Shown piece after piece: positions 21,607 to 31,358 of a stretch of DNA of 64,000 nucleotides (the first letter of the stretch is position 1; every line of letters begins with the position of its first letter). The notes beneath the pieces are model-generated. The model saw only the letters and a list, made by a program, of their open reading frames with translations. It had not been told where the DNA came from and searched no databases. Made by a program: the position numbers and the translations under genes. This DNA comes from Dehalococcoidia bacterium (GTDB taxonomy: Bacteria > Chloroflexota > Dehalococcoidia > UBA2979): positions 480,001-544,000 of the forward strand of contig OZ244720.1 in NCBI GenBank assembly GCA_965219085.1, read 5' to 3'.

Positions 21607-23197
21607 CCCCGAAGCCACCGATCGAAGCTTGACGGGCGGGCTGCCGGGCTGGCGGAGAGTTCGGCGGGTGTGCCGTGGTGCGCCAGGCGGTGCCGGGGGC
21701 GGGCCGGAGCGAGGAGCCGGCGCTCAGCGCGGCTCGGGGGCGCTGAGAGCGCGGGCGCGAGGGTGCGCGAGGCGTGCGCGGGCATGCTGGCGCGAGGCTC
21801 GGACCCGGGCCGGCGCTGTGAGCGCGCGTCAGGCCGGGAGCGGAAGCGCCCGTAACCGCGCCAGGGCGGCTGCCCACTGCCCGGCCCAGGGCCAGCGCTT
21901 CGGGAGGTGCAGGGTCGTCACGATTCCCTCGCCGAGCCCGAGCCGCGCCGTCCAGCGGGCGAGGTTGTGCGCGATCACCTGCACCGCGAGCCATGCCGCG
22001 TTCGCGGCGAAGCGGCCCGAGGGGAGATGGTTGAGCCCGACGCCGTACTTGAGGTCGCGGATCGCGTTCTCGATCTCGGCGTGACGGCGATGGTCTGCCT
22101 CCAGCTCCAGCAGCTCCCCCGCGCGGTCGCTGATGAAGGCGTGGTAGCTGTAGTCCACGAAGAGCGCGAGCTGTGAGCCGGGCGTCGGCTGGACGCGCCG
22201 CACGATGAGCCGCACCGGGGTGGCGTCCGCCGTGTGCTGGAACGGCGTGTAGGTCGTCTCGGCGACATCGGCGCCGCCCGGCAGCCAGTACGGGATCGGC
22301 GTCCAGTCCTCTTGCGGTATCGCCTCGATCAGCCGGCGCACGCTCGGCTGCTGGCGAATGGTGATCGAGAAGCGGAGATCCTGCTTGCGGCAGACGGCGA
22401 CGACGGCGTGGTTGTAGAAGCCGCTGTCGGCTCGCACCGTGAGCTGCCCGCTCGCTCCGGCGTCGCGTACCCGCGCCACCGTCTCACGCAGGAAGTGTGC
22501 GGCCCCCCGTGCGGTGTTGGCGCGGCCCTCGCGCAGCCGCGCCATCAGCACGTCACCCGTCCCGGCCGCCACCGCGAGCAGCGGGTGATAGCCGCGCACG
22601 CCCGTGTAGCCGTGGTGCCGGGCGCCCTCCTTGGCCAGGCCGTAGGTCTCACAGATCGTCGAGTCGAGGTCGATCGTGAACGGCGCCGCGCCGGGTCCCG
22701 CCCCGGCCGCCCATGCGCGGGCGAGCAATGCGCGGCTGACGCGGTCGAGCTGGCGGACGTGGCCCCAGCGGAAGCTGCGCAGGAAGGTTCCGAGGGTGGA
22801 CGGCGCCTTGACCGTGCAACCCAGCACGCTCGCCGTCCCGCCGGCGCGCAAGGCAGCGGCGTCGTCGATGCAGTCGCCGCCCGCGAGCGCCGAGGCGACC
22901 AGGGTCAGCAGCTTGTCGCCGGCGTTCGCGCGCCCCGCTGCGTCACCGAGGTCGAGGTGGGCGTCCGCCAGTGCACGGAGGCCGAGCCGGCCAGCGAGCG
23001 TGGCGGGGAGCAGCAGGCCTGCGTGGTCCACGAGGCGGTCGTCGCCTGAGGCGATGTCTATCCGGTCGGGGTTACTCGCTGCTAGCATCGAATGGGTGCT
23101 CCTGTGGCTGTGACGTGAATTCTCAAAACCCATTGTCCCAGCTACAGCGGAGCACCCAACCGCAGCCCCTCGCCCGCTCTTCTTCGGTGGATCAGGG
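21607..23197 (-). mobile_element. IS1380-family insertion sequence
   Basis: Ends CCCCGAAGCCACCGA and (reverse complement) CCCTGATCCACCGA; 4-bp TSD CTTA at 21603-21606 and 23198-23201. Confidence 0.9.
21829..23133 (-). CDS. IS1380-family DDE transposase
   Basis: HAGLLLPA, APSTLGTFLR, IDLDST, GYHPLLA, VRADSGF, HRRHAEIENAIRDLK; true start may be about 23091. Confidence 0.92.
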   Translation of the reverse strand: MGFENSRHSHRSTHSMLAASNPDRIDIASGDDRLVDHAGLLLPATLAGRLGLRALADAHLDLGDAAGRANAGDKLLTLVASALAGGDCIDDAAALRAGGTASVLGCTVKAPSTLGTFLRSFRWGHVRQLDRVSRALLARAWAAGAGPGAAPFTIDLDSTICETYGLAKEGARHHGYTGVRGYHPLLAVAAGTGDVLMARLREGRANTARGAAHFLRETVARVRDAGASGQLTVRADSGFYNHAVVAVCRKQDLRFSITIRQQPSVRRLIEAIPQEDWTPIPYWLPGGADVAETTYTPFQHTADATPVRLIVRRVQPTPGSQLALFVDYSYHAFISDRAGELLELEADHRRHAEIENAIRDLKYGVGLNHLPSGRFAANAAWLAVQVIAHNLARWTARLGLGEGIVTTLHLPKRWPWAGQWAAALARLRALPLPA

Positions 23198-23846
23198 CTT
23201 ACGCGAGGAGGGCTGGGGCGTGAATCGCAAGCGGGTGCAACGGCTCTGGCGTGAAGAAGGGCTGCGCGTCCCGGTGAAACGACGCAAGCGTCAGCGCCTG
23301 GGGGACTCGGCGGTGCCCGCCGCCAGGCTGCGCGCTGAGCGGCCGAACCACGTCTGGGCGCTGGACTTCCAGTTCGACCAGACCGCGGACGGGCGGGTCC
23401 TGAAGCTGCTCAACATCGTCGACGAGCACACACGGGAGGCGCTGGCGATCGTGGCCGCCAGGAGCATCAACGCCGACGCCACGGCCTCAACGCTCGACGG
23501 GATCGTCGCCCGGCGCGGGACGGCGCCTGGGTACATCCGCTGCGACAACGGACCTGAGCTCACGGCCAACGCCCTCCGCGACTGGTGCCGGTTCAGCGGT
23601 ACGGGCAGCAGCTACATCGAGCCCGGTGCGCCGTGGGAGAACCCGTACGTCGAGTCGTTCAACGGCCGGCTGCGCGACGAGTTCCTGGCGGTCGAGCAGT
23701 TCGACAGCCTGCTCGAGGCGCAGGTGCTGCTCGAGGACTGGCGGATCGAGTACAACACGAAGCGCCCGCATAGCAGCCTGGGCTGGCTCGCCCCGGCTGC
23801 CTACGCCGAGCGCTGGGAGACTCAGCTACACGCTGGACTCTCATAA
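23198..23846 (+). pseudogene. IS3 OrfB 3' fragment (rve integrase core)
   Basis: LREEGWGVNRKRVQRLWREEGL, WALDF, CDNGPE, PWENPYVESFNGRLRDE, RPHSSLG. Confidence 0.92.
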
Positions 23847-23875
23847 GCGGTGGACTCGCGAAGGGGGTCCGGTCA

Positions 23876-24324
23876 CCCGCCCAGCCGCTCGACGAAGCGG
23901 CCGTAGGCGGCGAGCTGGTCGGGGGTCTTGGTCGCGGCGTCCCCGATGATCACCGCCTTGCCGCCGTCGCAGTCGAGGCCCGAGACCGCCATCTTGGCCG
24001 TCATGGCCGCCGACAGCCGGAGCACGTCGATCAGCGCCTCACCCACGTCCTCGTAAGGCTGCCAACGCGCCCCGCCCAGACCAGGGCCGAGGACGGTCGA
24101 GTGCAGCGCAATCAGCGCCCTGAGCCCGGACGGCGGGTCGTGATGGTAGTAGACCGCCTCGTGGCGATCGGGGTCGCATGGGCGACCCGCACGGGCACCG
24201 TCACCACCGGGGATTGCGTCGACGTCCAGCGCAACAGGTGCGCATCGAGCACCTCCGCCGGGCCGAGCAGCCGTTCGAGCGCGAGTCGATCCTCAAGCGG
24301 GTCTGGTCCGTCGGTTGTTGCCAT
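23876..24324 (-). pseudogene. Leu/Val/Phe dehydrogenase, 5' half
   Basis: Manual translation HEAVYYHHDPPSGLRALIALHSTVLGPGLGGARW...DVLRLSAAMTAK...GGKAVI...YGRFVERLGG joins the 3' half across the TSD; start uncertain, possible further shift near 24240. Confidence 0.85.
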
Positions 24325-24342
24325 ACCTACTTCAGCACGCGG

Positions 24343-24909
24343 CTACCTCTGGCCGAGCTCAGGCGGCAGCCCGCTCCGCGACGCGCCGCCCTTGCCCAGC
24401 AACTGGCGCAGCAGGTGGATGTAGCCGAGGTGCTGGTTGCCGTGCGAGACGACGACCTGGCCCAGCATCGCGGCGCGCGACACCTCGAGCATCTCGCCCT
24501 CGATGCGCGCGCTCGCCGTCACGGCGAGGAACTCGTCGTCCATCGTCTCGATCTTCGCGACCACGGCCTCCGCGGTGTCGCGGCAGTAGCGCTCGAGGCT
24601 CTCGACATGCGGGAAGCGCATCGCCTGCACGTCGGCGAGGTCCATGCCGGTGCCCTGCTCGTTACGCGGGAAATCCCACGCCTGCGCCAGCCCCTGCTGC
24701 CCCCAGACCGGGCGCTCCCGGTAGAACACGAAGTGCACGATGTTGTCGGCCGAGCGCAAGACGTGCCACGCGTTGAACCCGATCGACGTGCTGTCCTCGA
24801 TCGGGAGGGCATGGAGCTCGTCGAGGGTGAGGTCGCCGAGGCTGTCGGTGATCTCGGTGAGCACCCGCCGGACCAGCCGCGAGTACTCACCGGCCAGCAC
24901 GTTCGACAT
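24343..24909 (-). CDS. DinB family protein
   Basis: SIGFNAWHV and HGNQHLGYI His triad. Confidence 0.85.
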   Translation of the reverse strand: MSNVLAGEYSRLVRRVLTEITDSLGDLTLDELHALPIEDSTSIGFNAWHVLRSADNIVHFVFYRERPVWGQQGLAQAWDFPRNEQGTGMDLADVQAMRFPHVESLERYCRDTAEAVVAKIETMDDEFLAVTASARIEGEMLEVSRAAMLGQVVVSHGNQHLGYIHLLRQLLGKGGASRSGLPPELGQR

Positions 24910-24938
24910 CGGCGCCGCGTTCCTCCCCTGGTCTCGGG

Positions 24939-25589
24939 CTACTCGCCGTTGAGCTTCGGAACCTTGAGCTGCTCCATCACGCGCTCGAAGACCTCGTACT
25001 CCTGTGCGCCGACGACGGCGTAGCGCTCGTTCAGGATGAACGTCGGCACGCCCGTCACGCCGATCGACTGCGCCCAGGTGATGCCGTTGTCGACCTGCTG
25101 GCGGTAGCGCCCGGTCTCGAGGGCGTCGCGCAGGTCATCGGCATCGAGGCCCGTCTCGTTGCCGATCTGCAGCAGGGTGTCGAGGTCGCCGAGGTTGCCG
25201 TCCTCCTCGAAGTGGGTGCGGAACAGTGCGCGGTGTAGCTCATCGCCGTCGTGGCCGTGTTCCTGCGCGTACTCGGCGGTCTCGAGCGAGAGGTGCGAGT
25301 TCGGCGTGTAGGTGCGGCCGCGCTTGAAGGTGATGCCGGCCTGCTGGCCGCGCAGTTCGAGCGCGGATGGGGGGTCACCGGGCTTGGTGTAGGGCTCGCG
25401 GCTGCGACCCTCGGGCGGGATCGACGGGTCGAGCAGGAAGGGCGCCCAGCGCACGTCCATGTCGTACTCCTGCCGCAGCTTCTCGACCTCCACGAGGCCG
25501 ACATAACACCACGGTCAGATGAAGTCGGAGACGATGATGAGCGAGGTGCGGTGCTCCTCGGCGTCGGTGTTGAGTTCGTCGGTGGTCAT
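24939..25589 (-). CDS. DsbA/FrnE-like thiol-disulfide oxidoreductase, probable selenoprotein (U-P-W-C)
   Basis: ATG 25589 MTTDELNTDAEEHRTSLIIVSDFI-TGA-PWCYVG continues in frame into ORF 24939..25493 (PFLLDP, GVTGVPTF, GAQ). Confidence 0.85.
25483..25501 (-). promoter_or_regulatory. Bacterial SECIS-like hairpin
   Basis: UCGGCCUC-GUG-GAGGUCGA starts 13 nt 3' of the in-frame UGA, with G in the apical loop. Confidence 0.65.
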
Positions 25590-25817
25590 GGAGGGGCCCT
25601 CCCGCGGTTGCGCGCCCCAGTGTAGCGCGCTTCTCGCTGTTGTCAGCGTCCCCACGCCTCGCGCAGTCCCGTTATGATGGCGCCGTGTGAGGCCCGCCGG
25701 GCCTTCGAGGGGGGAGATCGCCTAGAAGCACATACGGCAGGGTCAACGCGCCGCGTCGTCACGACGCGTCAACGGGTTGAGCGTAACGCGAAGAACGCAC
25801 GTAAGGAGTGCCAGAGC

Positions 25818-26609
25818 ATGGCTGTGAAGACTTTCGAGCTGATCGACTACGAGGTCCGTGATCGGACCGCATGGATCACCATCAACAACGCCGAACGCAT
25901 GAACGCGCTGAGTATCGGCGTGGTGAACGGTCTGTACGACGCCTTCGAGGAATTCACGAACGACGATGACGCGCTGGTCGCCGTCCTGATCGGTGGTGGC
26001 GGTCGTGCGTTCTGTGCAGGCGCGGACCTCGTCGCGATGACACAGCGCGACCAGACCGAGGGGCAGGGTGCGCCGGCTCCGACACGCCCGGGGCTGGAGG
26101 CCGTCTCCGAATGCCCGAAGCCAATCATCGCGGCCATCGATGGCTACGCACTGGCCGGTGGGATGCAGCTCTCGAGCCGCTGCGACATCCGCATCGCGAC
26201 CGAGAAGTCGCGGGTGGGTATGCCCGAGGTACGACGCTCCCTCGTCGCCGTCGGCATGGTCGACACGGCCGAGCGCTACGTGCCGCGCGGCGAGGCGATG
26301 TGGATCCTGCTGACCGCGGACCACATGACCGCCGAGCGCGCCTACGACATCGGCTTCCTGCAGGCGCTGGTACCGGACCGCGACGCGCTCATCGTAGAGG
26401 CGGAGCGCGTGGCCGGTGAGATCAAGAAGAACGCGCCACTGGCGGTGGCGGCGGTCAAGCGGACCATCCTCCAGACCAGCCACATGTCGCCGCTGGACGC
26501 GATCCACCTCCGCAACGCCCTCAACGAGAAGGTGGAGCAGAGCGAGGACCGGATGGAGGGCCCCAAGGCCTTCGCCGAGAAGCGCGACCCCGTCTGGAAG
26601 ATGCGCTAG
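25818..26609 (+). CDS. Enoyl-CoA hydratase/isomerase family
   Basis: RAFCAGADL, KPIIAAIDGYALAGG, GMPEV, EGPKAFAEKR; AAGGAG SD. Confidence 0.92.
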   Translation: MAVKTFELIDYEVRDRTAWITINNAERMNALSIGVVNGLYDAFEEFTNDDDALVAVLIGGGGRAFCAGADLVAMTQRDQTEGQGAPAPTRPGLEAVSECPKPIIAAIDGYALAGGMQLSSRCDIRIATEKSRVGMPEVRRSLVAVGMVDTAERYVPRGEAMWILLTADHMTAERAYDIGFLQALVPDRDALIVEAERVAGEIKKNAPLAVAAVKRTILQTSHMSPLDAIHLRNALNEKVEQSEDRMEGPKAFAEKRDPVWKMR

Positions 26610-26794
26610 ACGATTCCCACCGGAGCGGTGTCCGCGGCGGGACGCCGCTCCACCACGGCGGAGGCAGCCGTCCGGGTTCCCCGGGCGGCCGCTTCCGCCG
26701 GACCACCTTCGCCCGCCTGGCGGGGGAGGAGCACTTCGTTCGAGCAGGCGACGAGGTCGCCGGCCGCCGCTAGCGGCGGCGTGAGGAGGGCGCC

Positions 26795-29269
26795 ATGACC
26801 GGGCCATTCGAGGCGCTGCGGGTCATCGATCTCAGCAGCGGACAAGCGGGCGGCGTCACCACCATGGTGCTGGCCGACTTCGGGGCCGACGTGATCAAGG
26901 TCGAGCCCCCCGGCGGCGACCCCGGGCGTGCCGAGCCAGCCAGCCCGATGTGGCTGCGCGGCAAGCGCAGCGTCGAGCTCGACCTCTCCGATGGCGCCGA
27001 CCGCGGCCGCCTGCATGCGCTCGTGCGCGGCGCCGACGTGGTCGTGGCCTCGTTCGCGCCCGGCGAGGCCGAGGCGGCCGAGGCCGATTACGCGACGCTG
27101 TCCGCGCTGAACCCCGGCCTCGTCTACTGCTCGATCACGGGCTGGGGCTCCACCGGCCCGTACGCCCACTACCCGGCCGACGAGCGGCTCGTCGCCGCGA
27201 AGTCCGGCCGCATGCAGTCCTTTGCCGGCGTCGTGCGCCGCGATGGCCCGTCCTTTGGGGCGGTGCGCATCGGCACGCACGCCGCAACGCAGTCCGCGAT
27301 CGCGGGCATCCTCGGCGCACTGCTCGTGCGCGACAAGCTCGGTTCCGGCCAGCTCGTCGAGACGAGCCTGCTGCGCGGAATGCTCCCGTACGACTTCCGC
27401 ACGCTGCTCTCCGAGCAGCTCACGCCGCGCTACCCCGAGCTGCTGGACGCCGATCCCTATGCCCGCTTCGACGCGGACACCCAGCCGATGCTCGGCTACC
27501 AGCCGGTGATGGCGAAGGACGGGCGCTGGATCCAGTTCGCGAACCTGCTCGAACACCTCGTGCAGTCCAGCCTCGTCGCGATGGACCTTGCCGAGGAGCT
27601 GTTCGGCAACCCGCGCTACGCCGGCACGCCGAACGCGCTCACCGATGAGGCGCGCGAGGAGGTCCGCAACATCATGCTCGAGCGCGTCCGCGAGCGGACG
27701 GCTGCCGAGTGGATGGAGGCATTCAGCACGAACGGCAACGTCGCCGCCGAGATCGTCGGCACGGCCCAGGAGGCGCTGTACCACGCCGACATGGAGGTGA
27801 ACCGCGAGGTCGTCGACATGGAGCACCCCGACCTCGGCACGGTGCGGCAGCTCGGCCTGCTGGCGCGGCTGACCGCGACGCCGGGCGAGGTAGGCGGACC
27901 CGGCCCGCAGCCGGGCGAGCACACCTCCGAGGTGCTGGCGGAGCCGCCGCGAGCCGCGTGGTCGCGCCCGTCGACGAACGGCTCGCCGCCCGCGCACCCG
28001 CTCGAGGGCGTCACGGTGCTGGAGTTCGCGACGATCATCGCCGCGCCGCTCGGCGCATCGCTGCTGGGTGACATGGGCGCGCGCGTGATCAAGGTCGAGC
28101 CTGTGGACGGCGGGGACCCCATTCGCGGGTTCGGCGCCGGTCTGGGCGCCACCTTCGGGGCGTCCAAGACGACCGCCTCGAAGGAGAGCATCTGCATCGA
28201 CCTCAAGTCCGAGCGAGGCCAGGAGATTGTCAGCCGCCTGATTGAGCGCGCGGACGTGATCGTCCACAACTACCGGCCCGGCGTGCCGGAGCGGCTCGCC
28301 ATCGGCTACGAGCAGGCGAAGGCGATCAAGCCCGACATCGTGTGGGTGAGCGTGAACGGCTACGGCCCGGACGGGCCGGGTGCGCACCGGCCCTCGGCAC
28401 ACCCGATCCCGGGCGCCGTCTGCGGCGGCGCGCTCATGCAGTCCGGCGTGGAATGGCCGCCCGCCGAGGTCGCCTCGATCGACGAACTGCGCGAGGCCTC
28501 GCGCTGGTTCTCGCGCGCCAACGAGGGCAACCCGGACCCGAACACGTCGATGTGCGTCGCCACCACGGCGATGCTCGGCCTCATGGCCCGTCACCAGACG
28601 GGTAAGGGCCAGCGCATCTTCCTCAGCATGCTGGGGGCCAACGGCTACGCGAACGCCGAGGACTTCCTTGCCTACGAGGGCAAGCCCGACCGGCCGACGC
28701 TCGACCCGGCGCTGCATGGCACGTCGGCGCTAAACCGGCTGTACCGCTCGCAGGACGGCTGGGTGTTCCTGGCCGCCGAGGATGAGGCGTCGTGGAACGC
28801 GCTCGCCTCGGCCGGCGTGAACGGGCTCGGCTCCGACGACCGCTTCGCAACGGCCGAGGGCCGGCGCGAGCACGACACCGCGCTCGCAGCGGAACTCGAG
28901 TCGATGTTCGCCCTGCGCGACGCCGACGAGTGGGAGCGCGACCTGATCGCGGCCGGCGTCGGCTGCGTGAACGCGGGCGGCTACGACAGCCCGGGCGCGT
29001 TCTTCGTGCACGACGAGCACGCGCAGGCGAACGGCCTGCTCTCCGACGCGCACCACGCGCTGTGGGGCGACTACCAGCGCTGGGGGCCGCCTGCGACGTT
29101 CAGCGCCACGCCGGGCAACCCGCGTGCGGGCGTGCTCGCCGGCGAGCACACCGACGAGTTGCTGGCCGAGGCCGGCTACAGCCCGTCGGAGATCGAGGCG
29201 CTGCGCACCGACGACGTCGTGTGGTCCGAAGTGCCGATGGAGCTCCCGGAACCGGCGACCGTGGCATAG
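26795..29269 (+). CDS. CoA-transferase family III (CaiB/BaiF), two fused domains
   Basis: LADFGADVIKVEPPGGD and LGDMGARVIKVEP; two GEHT motifs. Confidence 0.92.
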   Translation: MTGPFEALRVIDLSSGQAGGVTTMVLADFGADVIKVEPPGGDPGRAEPASPMWLRGKRSVELDLSDGADRGRLHALVRGADVVVASFAPGEAEAAEADYATLSALNPGLVYCSITGWGSTGPYAHYPADERLVAAKSGRMQSFAGVVRRDGPSFGAVRIGTHAATQSAIAGILGALLVRDKLGSGQLVETSLLRGMLPYDFRTLLSEQLTPRYPELLDADPYARFDADTQPMLGYQPVMAKDGRWIQFANLLEHLVQSSLVAMDLAEELFGNPRYAGTPNALTDEAREEVRNIMLERVRERTAAEWMEAFSTNGNVAAEIVGTAQEALYHADMEVNREVVDMEHPDLGTVRQLGLLARLTATPGEVGGPGPQPGEHTSEVLAEPPRAAWSRPSTNGSPPAHPLEGVTVLEFATIIAAPLGASLLGDMGARVIKVEPVDGGDPIRGFGAGLGATFGASKTTASKESICIDLKSERGQEIVSRLIERADVIVHNYRPGVPERLAIGYEQAKAIKPDIVWVSVNGYGPDGPGAHRPSAHPIPGAVCGGALMQSGVEWPPAEVASIDELREASRWFSRANEGNPDPNTSMCVATTAMLGLMARHQTGKGQRIFLSMLGANGYANAEDFLAYEGKPDRPTLDPALHGTSALNRLYRSQDGWVFLAAEDEASWNALASAGVNGLGSDDRFATAEGRREHDTALAAELESMFALRDADEWERDLIAAGVGCVNAGGYDSPGAFFVHDEHAQANGLLSDAHHALWGDYQRWGPPATFSATPGNPRAGVLAGEHTDELLAEAGYSPSEIEALRTDDVVWSEVPMELPEPATVA

Positions 29270-29281
29270 CGAGGACTTGCC

Positions 29282-30379
29282 ATGCCTGGTGACCGCATCG
29301 GCGTTGGGATCATCGGCGCCAACGTGCGCTACGGGTGGGGCACGCGCGCTCACCTGCCAGCGCTGCAGGCCCTGCCGGAGTTCGACCTCGTCGCCGTCGC
29401 GACGACGCACATGGAGACTGCCCGCGAGACGGCCGACCGCTACGCGATCCCCAACGCGTTCGACAACGCGCAGGCGCTCGTCGAGCACGCCGATGTCGAA
29501 CTCGTGCTGGTGTGCGTGCGCGTGCCGCTGCACCACGAGCTGACCTCGGCGGCGCTGCGCGCGGGCAAGCACGTCTTCACCGAGTGGCCGCTGGGCGCGA
29601 ACACTTCCGAGGCGCGCGAGTTGCACGACCTCGCCGTCTCGGTCGGCGTGCGCCACATGGTCGGCCTGCAAGCGCGCGCGGCGCCACAGTTCGTGCGCAT
29701 GCAGCAGCTCATCGCCGAGGGCTACGTCGGCGAGGTGCTGTCTGCGACCATGCGACAGACGCTCCCCGGCGCGGGCCCGCGCCGCGAGTCCTTCGCGTGG
29801 GCCGTCGACGCCTCCAGGGGCGCGTCGACGCTCTCGATCGCCTCCGGGCACGCGCTCGACGCGCTCGCGTTCTGCCTCGGCGAGTTCCGCTCGGTGAGCG
29901 CGAACGTCGCGACGCGCGTGCGCACCATCGAGGTCGTCGACACCGGCCGCACCGCCGAGGTGACCTCGCCGGACACGGTGCACGTCTCCGGTGAGACGGA
30001 GAGTGGGACCGCGGTCTCGGTCGCGATCAGCAGCGTGCCGGGGCACGGCTCCGGGCTGCGCTTCGAGGTACACGGCAGCGAGGGCGTGCTGCTGCTGACC
30101 TCGGACGGCATGTCGCAGATCGCCGGACTCGCGCTCAGCGGGGCGCGCAACGAGGACGGCGCGGTCGCCGAGCTGCCGATCCCGGACGACTGCTGGTGGG
30201 TGCCGCAGGATCTCGTCGGCCCCGGGCTCAACGTGGCGCAGCTGTTCCGCCGCCTCGGCGAGTCGATCCGCGGCGGCGCACCCGCCGTGCCCGACTTCGC
30301 CCACGCCGTGCGCCGCCACGAGATGCTCGACGCGATTCAGCGCGCTTCGGACACGGGAGAGCGGCAGGGGCTGGCCTAG
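29282..30379 (+). CDS. Gfo/Idh/MocA family oxidoreductase
   Basis: VGIIGA, AGKHVFTEWPL, GHALD, PDFAHAV. Confidence 0.9.
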   Translation: MPGDRIGVGIIGANVRYGWGTRAHLPALQALPEFDLVAVATTHMETARETADRYAIPNAFDNAQALVEHADVELVLVCVRVPLHHELTSAALRAGKHVFTEWPLGANTSEARELHDLAVSVGVRHMVGLQARAAPQFVRMQQLIAEGYVGEVLSATMRQTLPGAGPRRESFAWAVDASRGASTLSIASGHALDALAFCLGEFRSVSANVATRVRTIEVVDTGRTAEVTSPDTVHVSGETESGTAVSVAISSVPGHGSGLRFEVHGSEGVLLLTSDGMSQIAGLALSGARNEDGAVAELPIPDDCWWVPQDLVGPGLNVAQLFRRLGESIRGGAPAVPDFAHAVRRHEMLDAIQRASDTGERQGLA

Positions 30380-30458
30380 GCTCGCGGGCCCAGTGGATCC
30401 ACACTGAGGCGCGGCCGCAGCACGCCCTGCCACGCACTCACTCCGGAGGCCGTACAGG

Positions 30459-31010
30459 ATGATGCGATGGGCGATGCCCGCAGTCCTCGGAATCGCGTTA
30501 CTCACGACATCCTGGAGTGCGGTCGCGCTCGTCGTCTCATCGGTGTGCACTGGCGCAGAATCGCCGGGGCCGATCGAGGCCGATTCGGAGCGTATCAAGG
30601 TCGAGCTGGACGGCCGGTCGTTCCGCCAGTTCGAGCCCGGACGCGACGCCGACAAGCGCAGGGGCGTCGTCCTCGACTTCGTCAACGGCCTGAGCCTCTG
30701 GGCGCAGTACGCCGAGGGCGGCTACGCGGTGAGCGAGTGGCAGATCTCGTCGAACGACTACCGCATCGAGTCGCGGAGCGGTGACAGCGGCGAGGTCACG
30801 ATCTCCTTCATCAACCCGCGATCGAGGCAGCAGTTCCCCGAGGCTTGCGAGGACTGCATCGAGACCTCGGGCGTCTCGATCTCGATTCGCAACGTCTTGG
30901 ACGCCGACCAAATCCGGTTCCGGGTGAACGACCCGAACGGCAACCTGCCGAGCCCGTTCCCGGTGTTCGGCTCGTGGACGCGGTTCGAGGAAGACGAGTA
31001 CTTCGACTAG
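30459..31010 (+). CDS. Hypothetical exported protein
   Basis: Hydrophobic signal-like N-terminus; coding-like codon usage; CEDC motif. Confidence 0.65.
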   Translation: MMRWAMPAVLGIALLTTSWSAVALVVSSVCTGAESPGPIEADSERIKVELDGRSFRQFEPGRDADKRRGVVLDFVNGLSLWAQYAEGGYAVSEWQISSNDYRIESRSGDSGEVTISFINPRSRQQFPEACEDCIETSGVSISIRNVLDADQIRFRVNDPNGNLPSPFPVFGSWTRFEEDEYFD

Positions 31011-31082
31011 GCGTTGCGTTGTGCACCTACTGATGTGACGGATGTGTATGTATGATGCACACGGCTTGGGAAGGCTTGAGGC

Positions 31083-31358
31083 GTGGCCAGGGTACAGATC
31101 GTTATTGCGGACGAGGATCGTGACCGCTTCGTCGCCCAGGCGCGGCGAGAGGGCCTGACGCTGAGCGCCTGGCTGCGGGCCGCCGCGCGCGAACGGCTCG
31201 CGGCCCGCCAGCGTGCTGCGTTGTTCGAGTCCGAGGAGGACCTCGAAGCGTTCTTCCGTGAGTGCGACGCGATTGAGGGTCCCGAGCGTGAGCCGGACTG
31301 GGAAGAGCACCTCGCTGTCATGCGCGAGTCGCAGCTTTCGGGTACCACCGGCACGTGA
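31083..31358 (+). CDS. Antitoxin (VapB-like, RHH-type N-terminus)
   Basis: ARREGLTLSAWLR; GTGA overlap with the PIN gene. Confidence 0.8.
   Translation: MARVQIVIADEDRDRFVAQARREGLTLSAWLRAAARERLAARQRAALFESEEDLEAFFRECDAIEGPEREPDWEEHLAVMRESQLSGTTGT

Larger units (their letters stand above)
21041..23875 (+). mobile_element. IS3-family insertion sequence (interrupted by IS1380)
   Basis: TG...CA ends; imperfect IRs TGACCTGACCCCTT...ATGAGAGTCC and its counterpart ending 23875; 4-bp TSD CCCG at 21037-21040 and 23876-23879. Confidence 0.93.

Noticed and set aside
24939-25493. ORF-track 184-aa DsbA as a complete gene or nonsense pseudogene
   Set aside because: It lacks the active site; the TGA falls exactly on the catalytic Cys and is followed by a SECIS-like hairpin
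26606-28717. Long antisense or alternate-frame ORFs (e.g. 26606..28717, 28730..30685, 39821..41695, and the 1013-aa extension of 35688..38729)
   Set aside because: Arg/Ala/Gly-rich shadow ORFs of high-GC coding sequence that overlap well-supported genes
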